The notes beneath the pieces were generated by a model that worked only from the letters and a program-made list of their open reading frames with translations, was not told the DNA's origin and did not search any database. 64,000 bases of DNA, taken from Nitrospirota bacterium. Lineage in GTDB: Bacteria > Nitrospirota > Thermodesulfovibrionia > Thermodesulfovibrionales > Dissulfurispiraceae. This document shows, one piece after another, positions 28,494 through 39,029 of this stretch; the first letter of the stretch is position 1; each line of letters begins with the position of its first letter. Location: NCBI GenBank assembly GCA_963710375.1, contig CAVPZX010000005.1, positions 256,001 through 320,000 of the forward strand. Direction: 5' to 3'. Made by a program: the position numbers and the translations under genes.

Positions 28494-28918
28494 ACGTTGT
28501 GATTGATACTAATGTTATTGTTGCGGGTCTTTTATCTCCGTTTGGGACTTGCGGCGAAATCGTGCGCATGATTTCATCCGGAGAGTTGATGCTTTGCTTT
28601 GATGCCCGCATCCTTTCTCAATATAATGAAGTCCTGCTCCGTCCGAAGTTTAAGTTTGAGGAAACAAAGGTTGCTGCCCTTCTTGACTATATTGTCCATA
28701 GTGGACGGACAGTAGCATCTTCACCTTTAACAAGTTCACTGCCCGATGCTGATGACGAGCCGTTTCTCGAAATTGCGATTGCAGGCCGGGCTGTATGTAT
28801 CGTTACCGGTAATCAAAACCATTTCCCGTCGAAACTGTGTCAGGGGATTAAGGTATTTTCTCCAGTGGAGTTTATAAATTTTTATAAAAAACAAAAAAGA
28901 CGCACTCCTGGGCGCTGA
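28490..28918 (+). CDS. PIN-domain toxin
   Basis: VVIDTNVIV, PDADDEPFLEIA, IVTGNQNHF; ATGA overlap with the antitoxin. Confidence 0.9.
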   Translation: MNVVIDTNVIVAGLLSPFGTCGEIVRMISSGELMLCFDARILSQYNEVLLRPKFKFEETKVAALLDYIVHSGRTVASSPLTSSLPDADDEPFLEIAIAGRAVCIVTGNQNHFPSKLCQGIKVFSPVEFINFYKKQKRRTPGR

Positions 28919-29013
28919 CCGGAAATATGAGATTGCTTTGGCTGTGCCGCCTAAGAAACTTATTGTGTTGGCTAATGAACTCAGGTTTGTCCCATTAAAG
29001 CGGAGTGCAAGTT

Positions 29014-30150
29014 ATGAAAATTCTCTCATGTAGAGTATGCGGGCATAAGTTTTTCGAGGAACCCTTGCTGCGATACGGGAATATGCCAAAGGCAGCTCAA
29101 TTTCTGCCGGACGCTGAGTCGCTTGAACGAGATAAAGGAGTTGATCTGGAAGTTTGCCAGTGTTCAGGTTGCGGTTTGGTGCAGTTAAGCAATGAGCCGG
29201 TCCCTTATTACAAGGAGGTTATACGCGCCGCAGCTTTTTCAGAGGAAATGAAGGATTTCCGGATGAAGCAATTCGGCAGCTTTGTGCAAAAGTATTCCCT
29301 CAAAGGAAAGAAAATCATTGAGATCGGCTGCGGGCGTGGAGAATATCTGTCTCTTATGTGTCAATTCGGCGCAGACGCATATGGGTTGGAGCATTCGGAA
29401 GAATCGGTGAAACAGTGTGTTAAAAACGGGTTGAAGGTTTCGAAGGGATTTATAGAAAGCAATACATATAAGCTGGACGATGCCCCATTTGATGCCTTTT
29501 TTATATTAAATTTTCTTGAACACCTGCCCGACCTGAATTCAACTTTAACCGGAATATATAATAATTTGTCGGATGATGCCATAGGCCTTGTCGAGGTGCC
29601 GAATTTTGACATGATTTTGCGAAACAACCTTTTCTCTGAATTCATACCCGACCATCTGTTTTATTTCACTGGGGAAACTCTAAATACAACATTGCGGCTC
29701 AACGGTTTTGAAGTTATCGATTGTAAAGAGGTTTGGCATGATTACATAATTTCTGCTATAGTAAAAAAACGGCAAAAGACAGACATATCTCTTTTTTATG
29801 AATACCAGGCACAACTTAAAAATGAAATCGAAGAATATATCTGTCGTTTTAAGGACAAAAAGGTGGCAATATGGGGTGCCGGACATCAGGCACTTGCAGT
29901 TATTTCTTTGATAAATTTGGCCGATAAAATTAGGTATGTTGTTGATTCAGCTCCATTTAAACAGGACAAATATACACCGGCCACACACCTTCCCATAGTT
30001 TCACCTGACGCCCTTGATTCGGATCCGGTAGAGGCAGTTATTGTTATGGCGGCCAGTTACTCGGATGAAGTTGCAAGGATTATACGACAGAAGTTTACTG
30101 GAAATCTAAATGTTGCTATATTGAGAGATTTTGGGTTGGAAGTCGTTTAA
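29014..30150 (+). CDS. SAM-dependent methyltransferase, NDP-sugar C-methyltransferase-like
   Basis: Zn-binding CRVC...CSGCGLVQL, EIGCGRG, FLEH, EVPN, C-terminal WGAGHQ...VVDSAPFKQ. Confidence 0.85.
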   Translation: MKILSCRVCGHKFFEEPLLRYGNMPKAAQFLPDAESLERDKGVDLEVCQCSGCGLVQLSNEPVPYYKEVIRAAAFSEEMKDFRMKQFGSFVQKYSLKGKKIIEIGCGRGEYLSLMCQFGADAYGLEHSEESVKQCVKNGLKVSKGFIESNTYKLDDAPFDAFFILNFLEHLPDLNSTLTGIYNNLSDDAIGLVEVPNFDMILRNNLFSEFIPDHLFYFTGETLNTTLRLNGFEVIDCKEVWHDYIISAIVKKRQKTDISLFYEYQAQLKNEIEEYICRFKDKKVAIWGAGHQALAVISLINLADKIRYVVDSAPFKQDKYTPATHLPIVSPDALDSDPVEAVIVMAASYSDEVARIIRQKFTGNLNVAILRDFGLEVV

Positions 30151-30177
30151 GTATCGCACTGTACGGGGGCTTCAATA

Positions 30178-31837
30178 ATGGATAAAATTTTGTTTATAGT
30201 TCCGCCGCATATTCAATTTGATGATTTCATCAATCCTTCTTACAATGCAAGAACAGTAATAAAGAAATACGGTAACTATGGAAGCGTGCTTACAGACATG
30301 CCTTTAGGAGTAATGGCTTTGAGTGCGTATGTGAAAAAGCATTCTGCGGCAGAAATTAAGCTTGTAGATTTTAACATTGTCTTGAATAAATTGGAGGGTT
30401 TTGAATTCAGTTCTTTTGCGGAGTTTTTCCGTGACTTTCTTTCAGCGCCTGAGTTGGTGGTGGATTATGCCCCAAGTATAATAAGCATATCCACATTATT
30501 TACGCCGTCTTATAAGAATATGCTGGATATCGCTCAGTGCTGCCGCGGCATATTCCCCAATGCTGTTATAGTTGCGGGCGGAGGTGTTCCGACAAATATG
30601 TATAACGAAATATTCAGAGACAGACTCATGTTTTGACGCTCTCTGCTATGGAGAGGGAGAAAAGCCATTGTTAGGCCTTGTGGAAGCCGATGATAAATTT
30701 CGCTACCTTGAAGAAAACCCTTCATGGATTACGAGGAAAAAAATTGAAAGCGGGCAGTCATTCCAGCACGATTTTATTGAAAACCTTGATGAGATACCTT
30801 CTTATGATTATGGCATTTGCGAAACAGATGAATATGGATTAAACCCGGCTATAACGGCTTACGCGGCTATCGACGAGAAAAAGCAGAACTTCCATGTAAT
30901 GACGTCCAGAGGTTGTACCCACCATTGTTGTTTTTGTGCATCACATACGGTCCACGGAAGAAAAATGCGCTATTACAGCATCAGCCGTGTCAGAGAAGAT
31001 TTTAAACGCCTCAGAGATCAGTACGGGGCAAAAACGATTGTTGTCCAAGACGATCATTTCATGGCGGACAAACAAAGAGCCCTGGAAATCATTCAGATAA
31101 TAAAGGAATTACAATTAATCGCCGTTTTTCAAAATTCACTGGCTTTATATGCTCTTGACAGAAAGGTGCTTGAGGCTTTGAAAAACGCCGGGGTCAATCA
31201 ACTACTTTTATCTGTAGAGTCGGGAAGCAACAGAGTTTTAAAGGAAATAATGCACAAGCCTCTCAATCTTTCCATAGTAAAACGCGTAGCCGACGATTGC
31301 CGTGATCTTGGAATATATACGAATGTGAACATATTAATCGGACTGCCCGGTGAAACTAAGCAGGATATTGAGGACACGAGATCTTTTTTAAAAACCATTA
31401 ACGGAAACTGGTTCTTGATTTTTTGCGCCAATCCTCTTGTCGGCAGTGAAATGTTCGATATATGCCGCAAGAAGAATTATCTTAAAGGTAGTTATGTCGG
31501 CAGCGATTATAAAAAAGCAGTTGTCGAAACTGAGGATTTTACCGCTGAATACATACAGGAAATGGCATACATCTTAAATCTGGAGCTTAATTTTGTTGAG
31601 AACAGTGATTTCCGTTTGGGCGATTACAAAACGGCGCTGAAAGGTTTTGAGAATGCAATAAGAGCTAAAAGTGACCATGCCCTGGCATATTACTATGCCT
31701 CAAAAAGCTACGAAAAACTCGGTGATATGGAAAAAGCGCGGCAATACATGGATAAGGCAAAGATAGCGGCAGAAACGCCTTTCTGGCGTAAGTATGTGGA
31801 TATGTTTAATGTCCCCATTTACCAAGGAGATAAATAG
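30178..31837 (+). pseudogene. B12-binding radical SAM protein with C-terminal TPR-like helices, frameshifted near 30612-30628
   Basis: ORF 30178-30636 (MPLG, AGGGVPT) joins ORF 30572-31837 (GEGEKPL, TSRGCTHHCCFC, VESG, GLPGET). Confidence 0.75.
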
Positions 31838-31838
31838 T

Positions 31839-32936
31839 ATGTTAACGCAGCAAGGTCAATTATCATCAAGCGAAACTGAAAAGAGGAACACTCTTAAAAA
31901 AGAGAAGCCTTATGTTTACGAAAAAATCATGAAATATGATGAAAAAGTAAAAAGGGGAGAGAGCATAGCCATCCTTCAATTTCAATATGATTATACCTGT
32001 AATTTCCGCTGCGAACATTGCTGTATAACAAAATTGCGGAGGAAAAAAGGGGAGAGGTGTTTTACGATTGTCGATGTCAAGGAGCTTTCACGCCAGGCCG
32101 ATGAAATGGGGCTCGCGCATATCGTAATCACTGGAGGCGAACCGCTCGTATTCCCGGATTTCGATGATATAGTCAAGGCCATCGACCCGCAGAAATTCTA
32201 CATTACCTCTGATACAAACGGATGGTTTTTGGATGCTGAAAGGGCAAAACATTTAAAAAACATAGGTATTGATAAGATCCAGTTGAGCCTCGACAGTCTT
32301 TCGGCAGCTGAACATAATGAATTCAGACACAAAAAAGGTTCGCATGAGAGAGCTGTAAGAGCTATTGATGCGTCGCTGGATGCAGGATTGAATATTATAT
32401 TAGCGACTGTGGTTACCAGGCAGAGAGTCAGATCGGAAGAATTTATTGAATTCCTGGAATTTGCTAAAAAGAAAGGGGTGGCCGTATTTGTTACGTACGC
32501 CAAACCTGTCGGGGACTGGGAAGGGAATTTTGATGTCCTTGTAACTAGAGACGACATGGACTATATGAGAGAGTTGGAGAAAAAATACAACGTGTTTACC
32601 CATTTAACGCCTTCCTACGGCATAGAAATGGGGTGTATAGCCGTCAAGCGGATGGTCTCGATCACAAAATACGGGGATGTCATGCCCTGTCCTTACATCC
32701 ATACCTCGCTGGGAAATTTTTTCAAGGAACCCCTGAAAGATATAATTGAGCGCGGGCTGAATATAAAATTCTTCGGCAAATTCTTCGATTCCTGCCTTAT
32801 AGCAGAGGACCGGACATTTATCAACAATTACGATGTGAAGAAAATCTATGGTAAGCTGCTTCCTGTGCCGTATTCGGAAGTATTCACAAAAGAGGACATT
32901 ATTGATAAAAGTCAGCGGAAGTTGTATAAGTCCTGA
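31839..32936 (+). CDS. Radical SAM protein with SPASM-like C-terminus
   Basis: CNFRCEHC, TGGEPL, DTNG, GCIAVK...GDVMPCPY; AGGAGA RBS before ATG 31839. Confidence 0.9.
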   Translation: MLTQQGQLSSSETEKRNTLKKEKPYVYEKIMKYDEKVKRGESIAILQFQYDYTCNFRCEHCCITKLRRKKGERCFTIVDVKELSRQADEMGLAHIVITGGEPLVFPDFDDIVKAIDPQKFYITSDTNGWFLDAERAKHLKNIGIDKIQLSLDSLSAAEHNEFRHKKGSHERAVRAIDASLDAGLNIILATVVTRQRVRSEEFIEFLEFAKKKGVAVFVTYAKPVGDWEGNFDVLVTRDDMDYMRELEKKYNVFTHLTPSYGIEMGCIAVKRMVSITKYGDVMPCPYIHTSLGNFFKEPLKDIIERGLNIKFFGKFFDSCLIAEDRTFINNYDVKKIYGKLLPVPYSEVFTKEDIIDKSQRKLYKS

Positions 32937-32953
32937 GCCGGTAGTGCGGCGGG

Positions 32954-34060
32954 ATGTCTGCGCAAAAAGTGGAGCGTTATTTGCGGGATAACCCTCTCGC
33001 GGGTGACTTAGATCACGTCCTGACCCATACTGAAGGCCTTTGGGAAGACCTCAGGGGGAAACGCCTGTTTATTACGGGCGGCACAGGTTTTTTTGGTTCC
33101 TGGCTTCTGGAGAGTTTTGCCTGGGCGAATGAAAAGCTCGATCTTAAAGCGTCAGCCCTTGTTCTTACAAGGGATTACAATTCATTCAAACAGAACCTTC
33201 CGCATCTAGCCGCCAATCCGGCTATCCGGTTTCATACAGGAGATGTCAGGAATTTCAACTTTCCCGAAGGGGAATTCTCTCACATAATTCACGCCGCAGC
33301 CACATCGGCTGTTGCCACATACAACAACGAAGACCCACTGGTGAAGTTCGATACCGTTGCAGGGGGAACAAGGCATACCCTCGATTTTGCTGTTCTATGT
33401 CATGCCGGGAAGTTCCTTCTGACCAGTTCCGGGGCTGTCTACGGCAAGCAGCCATTCGACCTGACTCACATTCCAGAAGATTATTGCGGCGCACCCGATC
33501 CAGCGGACGCAAGCTCGGCGTGGGGAGAGGGCAAACGGGCGGCAGAATTCCTCTGTGCGTATTATTCGAAAAAATATGGCATCGAAACAAAGATTGCCCG
33601 TTGTTTTTCTTTTGTAGGCCCCTACCTGCCATTGGATATCCATTACGCCATTGGAAACTTCATAAGGGACGCATTGAATGGCGGACCTATCCGGGTCAAC
33701 GGCGATGGAACGCCTTATCGGTCCTATCTCTATGCTGCTGATTTGACCGTATGGCTATGGACGATCCTTTTTAAGGGCGAATCATGCCGGGCTTATAATG
33801 TCGGCTCGGAAGAAGAAATTACTATAGCGGAGTTGGCCAATACAGTGGCACGGAGCTTTCAGAAGCCTGTTGATGTGAAAATAGCTGAATTACCAGCCCC
33901 CAATAGGCCCCCCGAACGATACGTGCCTTCTACAAAACGGGCGCAAATGGACTTGGGAGTTAGACAGATCATTGATCTGGGAACAGCCATTGAGCGAACA
34001 GCGGCATTTGTCAACATGATAAGCAAAAAAAGACTGAACCACAGAGGCACAGAGACATAG
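32954..34060 (+). CDS. NAD-dependent epimerase/dehydratase/reductase
   Basis: ITGGTGFFGSW, IHAAA, SSGAVYG, GEGKRAAE, ARCFSFVGP, RSYLYAAD. Confidence 0.9.
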   Translation: MSAQKVERYLRDNPLAGDLDHVLTHTEGLWEDLRGKRLFITGGTGFFGSWLLESFAWANEKLDLKASALVLTRDYNSFKQNLPHLAANPAIRFHTGDVRNFNFPEGEFSHIIHAAATSAVATYNNEDPLVKFDTVAGGTRHTLDFAVLCHAGKFLLTSSGAVYGKQPFDLTHIPEDYCGAPDPADASSAWGEGKRAAEFLCAYYSKKYGIETKIARCFSFVGPYLPLDIHYAIGNFIRDALNGGPIRVNGDGTPYRSYLYAADLTVWLWTILFKGESCRAYNVGSEEEITIAELANTVARSFQKPVDVKIAELPAPNRPPERYVPSTKRAQMDLGVRQIIDLGTAIERTAAFVNMISKKRLNHRGTET

Positions 34061-34137
34061 AGAAACAAATGAAATTTTTAAAAGAAAGCAGCAAATCTTT
34101 GACTAAAGTAGTACTCTGTGCCTCTGTGTTCTCTGTG
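34040..34137. repeat. CACAGAG(R) arm (34040-34062) and CTCTGTG inverted arm (34114-34137)
   Basis: CACAGAGGCACAGAGACATAGAG ... CTCTGTGCCTCTGTGTTCTCTGTG. Confidence 0.85.
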
Positions 34138-34151
34138 ATTATTTTTTGACG

Positions 34152-34691
34152 ATGACAACCTTTATGGGAAACGGGGTGGATATTAAACAGGCTATCAGTG
34201 CTCTTGACTCCCTGATTGGGGACCCGTCGAACGGCCTGCCCGAAGATGTCTTTTTGTTTGCCAGCAGGATCACACCCATGGTTAATGTGGACCTCCTTAT
34301 CAGGAACGAGATGAACCAGACGCTGCTGACCTGGCGTGATGATGGATATTGGAAGGCGGGGTGGCATGTTCCTGGAGGTATCATTCGATACAAAGAAACG
34401 ATTGCTCAAAGGATCAAGGCTGTCGCAAAGACAGAGCTTGGTGCGGAGGCGGAGTTTCATCCAACCCCCCTGGCAATCAATGAAATAATTTTTCCGGACA
34501 GAAGAAATCGAGGGCACTTTATGTCATTACTTTATCATTGCTCTCTTATTACAGTTCCTGATGAAGGGCTGAAGTACAAGTCAGGTGTGCCTCTACCGGG
34601 TCAGTGGTTGTGGCATGATACATGTCCTGAAAACATTATTGCAGTGCATGAAATCTACAGGGGTTATATTGATAAAACAGGCAATAGGTGA
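34152..34691 (+). CDS. NUDIX hydrolase (GDP-mannose mannosyl hydrolase-like)
   Basis: TPMVNVDLLI, WHVPGGIIRYKETIAQRI...ELG, RGHF; start uncertain. Confidence 0.8.
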   Translation: MTTFMGNGVDIKQAISALDSLIGDPSNGLPEDVFLFASRITPMVNVDLLIRNEMNQTLLTWRDDGYWKAGWHVPGGIIRYKETIAQRIKAVAKTELGAEAEFHPTPLAINEIIFPDRRNRGHFMSLLYHCSLITVPDEGLKYKSGVPLPGQWLWHDTCPENIIAVHEIYRGYIDKTGNR

Positions 34692-34701
34692 TAGGCGACA
34701 G

Positions 34702-35073
34702 GTGCTGGGTTATATTGATAATAAATTTATCAGGTTTCTGATTGTCGGCGGCATAAATACGGCTTTTGGATACGGGATATTTGCGCTCTTAATATTTCTA
34801 AAGGTCCACTATGCCATTGCAGCGTTGCTCGCTACATTTCTCGGTGTCCTGTTCAACTTCAAGACAACGGGCAGGCTGGTTTTCGACAGTAAAGACAACA
34901 GGCTCATTTTTAAATTCGTTGGCGTATATGCAATAATATATGCCATTAACACTGCCTCTTTGGGGGTATTTAATTTTTTTAAAGTCGATATGTATCTGGC
35001 AGGGGCTGTGATGATCCTGCCCATGGCCATGGTAGCATTTGTGCTCAACAAACGCCTTGTCTTTAAGGGGTAA
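34702..35073 (+). CDS. GtrA family lipid-linked sugar flippase
   Basis: FIRFLIVGGINT, four TM segments, FNF...LVF, FVLNKRLVF; start uncertain. Confidence 0.88.
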   Translation: MLGYIDNKFIRFLIVGGINTAFGYGIFALLIFLKVHYAIAALLATFLGVLFNFKTTGRLVFDSKDNRLIFKFVGVYAIIYAINTASLGVFNFFKVDMYLAGAVMILPMAMVAFVLNKRLVFKG

Positions 35074-35075
35074 AA

Positions 35076-36008
35076 ATGAAACTTGTCAGTGTTGTCACAC
35101 CGTGTTACAACGAAGAAGGAAATGTTGACGAGGTTTACAGGCAGGTGAAAGAGGTCTTTGCCGGATTGCCCGGCTACAGTTACGAACACATATTCATAGA
35201 CAATGCGTCAAGGGACAAAACGGTATCCATATTAAAAGAGATCGCAAAAAAAGACAAGAATGTAAAGATAATTGTGAATGCGAAAAACTTCGGGCATATA
35301 CGCTCAGGATATTACGCATTGCTTCAGGCTCAGGGAGATGCTGTAATAACATTAGTCGCTGACTTGCAGGACCCGCCTTTAATGATCCTGGATTTCATAA
35401 AGAAATGGGAAGAAGGATACCAGATAGTCATCGGGATTAAGAAGAAGAGCAGGGAAAATCCTTTCATGTTTATGATCAGAAAACTTTATTATAACCTGAT
35501 AGACAGGATTGCCGAAACAGAGCATATCAAGAGTTTCACCGGTTTCGGGCTTTACGATAAATCGTTTATGGATATTTTAAGGAAGCTTGACGAGCCATAC
35601 CCTTATTTCAGGGGACTTGTCGCCGAGCTGGGACAAGAGAGATTCGAAATCGAATACGAGCAGCCCGAAAGGAAAAGGGGCAAAACGAACAATAATTTTT
35701 ATACTTTATACGATATGGCTATGCTCGGGTTTGTAAATCACTCAAAGGTCCCCCTTCGTCTGGCGAGTTTCGTCGGGTTTGTCAGCGCATTTCTGAGTTT
35801 GATGGTTGCAATCGGTTATTTTATATACAAGCTTATTTTTTGGAGCGAGTTTCAACTTGGCATAGCCCCTTTGGTGGTGGGTTTCTTCTTTTTCATGTCT
35901 GTTCAATTGTTCTTTATCGGTATGCTCGGCGAATACATCGGCGCCATTTACACACAGGCTAAAAAGAGGCCGCTGGTAATAGAAAAGGAAAGAGTAAATT
36001 TCGACTGA
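35076..36008 (+). CDS. GtrB/ArnC-like GT2 (bactoprenol glycosyltransferase)
   Basis: VVTPCYNEE, KNFG, ADLQDPP, two C-terminal TM segments, GEYIGAIY...KRP. Confidence 0.92.
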   Translation: MKLVSVVTPCYNEEGNVDEVYRQVKEVFAGLPGYSYEHIFIDNASRDKTVSILKEIAKKDKNVKIIVNAKNFGHIRSGYYALLQAQGDAVITLVADLQDPPLMILDFIKKWEEGYQIVIGIKKKSRENPFMFMIRKLYYNLIDRIAETEHIKSFTGFGLYDKSFMDILRKLDEPYPYFRGLVAELGQERFEIEYEQPERKRGKTNNNFYTLYDMAMLGFVNHSKVPLRLASFVGFVSAFLSLMVAIGYFIYKLIFWSEFQLGIAPLVVGFFFFMSVQLFFIGMLGEYIGAIYTQAKKRPLVIEKERVNFD

Positions 36009-36077
36009 GCAGAATGTCCCTCCTCGTGTAAATATATTAATAATATGTGATAGGTTAGTACTCTTGAGAATGGATAT

Positions 36078-36947
36078 ATGTATTCAAAAATAATCAATTT
36101 ATTGCGAATCCGGCAGTACCTCAAGAACCTGTTTATTTTTGCGCCTCTTTTTTTTGGCGGCGAATTATTCAATATGAATATGCTGATCAGGACAGTCATT
36201 GTATTTTTCGCTTTCTCAATGACAGCAAGTTCGGTTTATATCTTCAATGACTATCACGATATTGAAGAAGACCGAATACACCCTATCAAAAGGAATCGCC
36301 CCCTGGCATCCGGCGACGTCTCAAAGAAAAAAGCACTGGGCGTGATGGTAATCTGCTTGACCATGGGTTTTGTTATTACCGGATTGCTCGACACTTCTTT
36401 GCTTAAATGGTTCCTTATCTATCTCATTCTGAACGTCTTATACACCCTTCGACTGAAGCACGTCAGCATCCTGGACGTATTCACAATAGCCATATGTTTT
36501 GTTATCAGGTTGTTTGTTGGGTCTGGTGTCACAGGCATTGGGCTTTCCATGTGGATTGTCCTGATGACCTTTCTCCTCGCGCTGTTCATCGCATTAGCCA
36601 AAAGACGGGATGACATTTTTATTTATCTCGAAAGCGGAGAGAAATCAAGAAGAATAGTTGATGGGTATAATTTGGAAATGCTTAACACGCTGATGGCTAT
36701 CATGGCCTCTATCACCCTTGTCTCTTATATCATGTATACCACGTCTCCCGAAGTGCTGGGAAAGTTTCACAGCGATAAACTTTATTTGACGGTTGTTTTC
36801 GTATTGCTCGGGATCATGCGATTTTTTCAGATATCCCTGGTCGAAAAAAGAAGCGGTTCCCCTACCGAGTTGCTGATAAAGGATAAATTCATCCAGTTTT
36901 CAGTCGCGGGATGGATATTTGCCTTCGGGGCAGTGATTTACAAGTGA
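36078..36947 (+). CDS. Polyprenyl-phosphate phosphoribosyltransferase (UbiA family, Rv3806c/NoeC-like)
   Basis: RIRQYLKNLFIF, YIFNDYHDIEEDRIHPIKRNRPLASG, KRRDD, SPTE. Confidence 0.9.
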   Translation: MYSKIINLLRIRQYLKNLFIFAPLFFGGELFNMNMLIRTVIVFFAFSMTASSVYIFNDYHDIEEDRIHPIKRNRPLASGDVSKKKALGVMVICLTMGFVITGLLDTSLLKWFLIYLILNVLYTLRLKHVSILDVFTIAICFVIRLFVGSGVTGIGLSMWIVLMTFLLALFIALAKRRDDIFIYLESGEKSRRIVDGYNLEMLNTLMAIMASITLVSYIMYTTSPEVLGKFHSDKLYLTVVFVLLGIMRFFQISLVEKRSGSPTELLIKDKFIQFSVAGWIFAFGAVIYK

Positions 36948-36954
36948 GGCATCG

Positions 36955-38289
36955 GTGAACTGCACAATTTCAGGTTGGGGAAACTTTCCGGTAATCAAAT
37001 CTGTTTTGTGCATCCCCGGATCTGCTAATGATCTGCGGGAATATGTGAAAAATGCGGAAACTCTTATTCCGAGAGGATTGGGACGGAGCTACGGAGATTC
37101 CTCACTGAACAACTTCGTTATTTCGATGCTCAAGCTCAACAGGATTCTGGGATTCGATGAAAAAACCGGAGTATTGGAATGCGAGTCAGGGGTCAGCTTA
37201 AGTGAGATTCTTGATGTATTTGTCCCGCGTGGATGGTTTTTGCCCGTAACGCCTGGAACAAAATACGTTACAGTGGGAGGCGCTATTGCGTCTGATGTAC
37301 ATGGCAAAAACCATCACAAGGAAGGATCTTTTTCCGACCATGTGGTGTCGATGACAGTTTTGCTTCCGGATGGAGAGACCATTGTCTGCTCGAAGGATAG
37401 TAATCCAGCATTGTTTACGATCATCTGCGGAGGTATGGGACTGACGGGCATTATAATAACCGCAAAATTCAGGCTAATAAGAGTGCCTTCGGCATATATA
37501 AAACAGAAAACCGTAATAGCACGCAACCTTGATGATATTATGGATCTTTTCGAGAACTACAGCGACTCGACCTATTCGGTGGCATGGATCGACTGTCTGG
37601 CAAAAGGCGACAACCTGGGAAGGAGCATCCTGATGGTTGGAGAGCATGCCGGCAGGGATGACATAAAGGGTTGGGATAACTCCCGTGATCTGCTTACATT
37701 AAGGAAAAGGAAAAAACTTAATGTACCGGCTGTCTTCCCCAACTTTGTGCTCAACAACGCGATGATTAAATGTTTCAATTTTATTTATTTCCATAAACAC
37801 CCTGGCGGTATTCAGGAGTCTATTGTGGATTATGAGACTTTTTTTTACCCTCTCGACGGCGTTGCAAACTGGAACAGAATTTACGGTGTACGGGGATTTA
37901 CACAGTACCAGTTCGTAATCCCTAAGGCTGCCGGCAAGACAGGTCTCAAGCAAATAATGCAGCACATATCCGATAGCGGTATGGGGTCGTTTCTAGCTGT
38001 TTTGAAGCTTTTCGGGAAAGGAAATGATAATATAATGTCCTTTCCTATGGAAGGTTACACGCTTGCCCTTGATTTCCCGATGAGTCTGAAACTATTAACA
38101 TTCCTGGATGAACTGGACAGAATGGTACTCGACTTTGGAGGACGGCTATATCTTACCAAGGATGCGCGAATGAGCTGCTTCATGGCAAAAAAAAGTTATG
38201 CGGGATTTATGGAATTTGCCGAGCGGAAGAACCGGCTCGACAATGAGGGTAAATTTCAATCCATTCAATCAAGGAGATTGGGGTTATAA
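36955..38289 (+). CDS. FAD-linked oxidoreductase, DprE1-like
   Basis: RGLGRSYGD, PVTPGTKYVTVGGAIASDVHGKNHH, YSVAWID, FFYPLD, GFTQYQ, GYTLALDF, GGRLYLTKD. Confidence 0.92.
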   Translation: MNCTISGWGNFPVIKSVLCIPGSANDLREYVKNAETLIPRGLGRSYGDSSLNNFVISMLKLNRILGFDEKTGVLECESGVSLSEILDVFVPRGWFLPVTPGTKYVTVGGAIASDVHGKNHHKEGSFSDHVVSMTVLLPDGETIVCSKDSNPALFTIICGGMGLTGIIITAKFRLIRVPSAYIKQKTVIARNLDDIMDLFENYSDSTYSVAWIDCLAKGDNLGRSILMVGEHAGRDDIKGWDNSRDLLTLRKRKKLNVPAVFPNFVLNNAMIKCFNFIYFHKHPGGIQESIVDYETFFYPLDGVANWNRIYGVRGFTQYQFVIPKAAGKTGLKQIMQHISDSGMGSFLAVLKLFGKGNDNIMSFPMEGYTLALDFPMSLKLLTFLDELDRMVLDFGGRLYLTKDARMSCFMAKKSYAGFMEFAERKNRLDNEGKFQSIQSRRLGL

Positions 38290-38290
38290 C

Positions 38291-39022
38291 ATGGCGTGGT
38301 TATTAGTGGCGGGGGCGAAATCCGATGTGGCGAGGGCTGTGGCTGCAAAATTTGCGCAGAATGGTTTTAATATTTACCTGGCCGCAAGGAATTATGATCA
38401 AGGCGTTCATGACGGTAATGATCTCGAAATAAGGTACGGAGTGAAGACGGCAGTGGTAGAATTCAACGCGCTGGATTATGCGGCCCATCAGGCAATATAT
38501 GATGTCTTTCCTGAGAAACCTCTGGGAGTCGTTTGCGCGGTGGGTTATCTCGGAGATCAGAAAAAAGCTGAAACAGATTTCGGCGAGACCAGGAAAATCA
38601 TAGAGAGCAATTTTATGGGATGTGTTTCACTCCTGAATATTGTTGCCCGGGATTTCGAACAGAGGAAAGAAGGGTTTATTATCGGCATCAGCTCTGTAGC
38701 CGGGGACCGGGGCAGACAGAGCAACTATACGTATGGAAGCGCTAAAGCTGCTTTTTCCGTTTATCTGTCGGGGCTCAGAAACAGGTTGTCGCATTACAAT
38801 GTGCGCGTCATTACTGTGAAGCCCGGGTTTATCAATACAAAAATGACAGAGGGTATGCAGTTGCCGCGTCTCCTAACTGCTGAACCGGCAGACGTAGCTC
38901 AGGACATTTTTAGAGCATATAAAAGCGGCAAGGATATTGTTTACACCAAATGGTTCTGGAAGTGGATTATGCTCGCTATACGCGCAATCCCCGAACGTAT
39001 TTTCAAGAAAATGAATCTTTAA
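38291..39022 (+). CDS. Short-chain dehydrogenase, DprE2-like
   Basis: GAKSDVA, SSVAGDRGRQSNYTYGSAKA, VKPGFINTKMT. Confidence 0.9.
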   Translation: MAWLLVAGAKSDVARAVAAKFAQNGFNIYLAARNYDQGVHDGNDLEIRYGVKTAVVEFNALDYAAHQAIYDVFPEKPLGVVCAVGYLGDQKKAETDFGETRKIIESNFMGCVSLLNIVARDFEQRKEGFIIGISSVAGDRGRQSNYTYGSAKAAFSVYLSGLRNRLSHYNVRVITVKPGFINTKMTEGMQLPRLLTAEPADVAQDIFRAYKSGKDIVYTKWFWKWIMLAIRAIPERIFKKMNL

Positions 39023-39029
39023 AGAAAGT

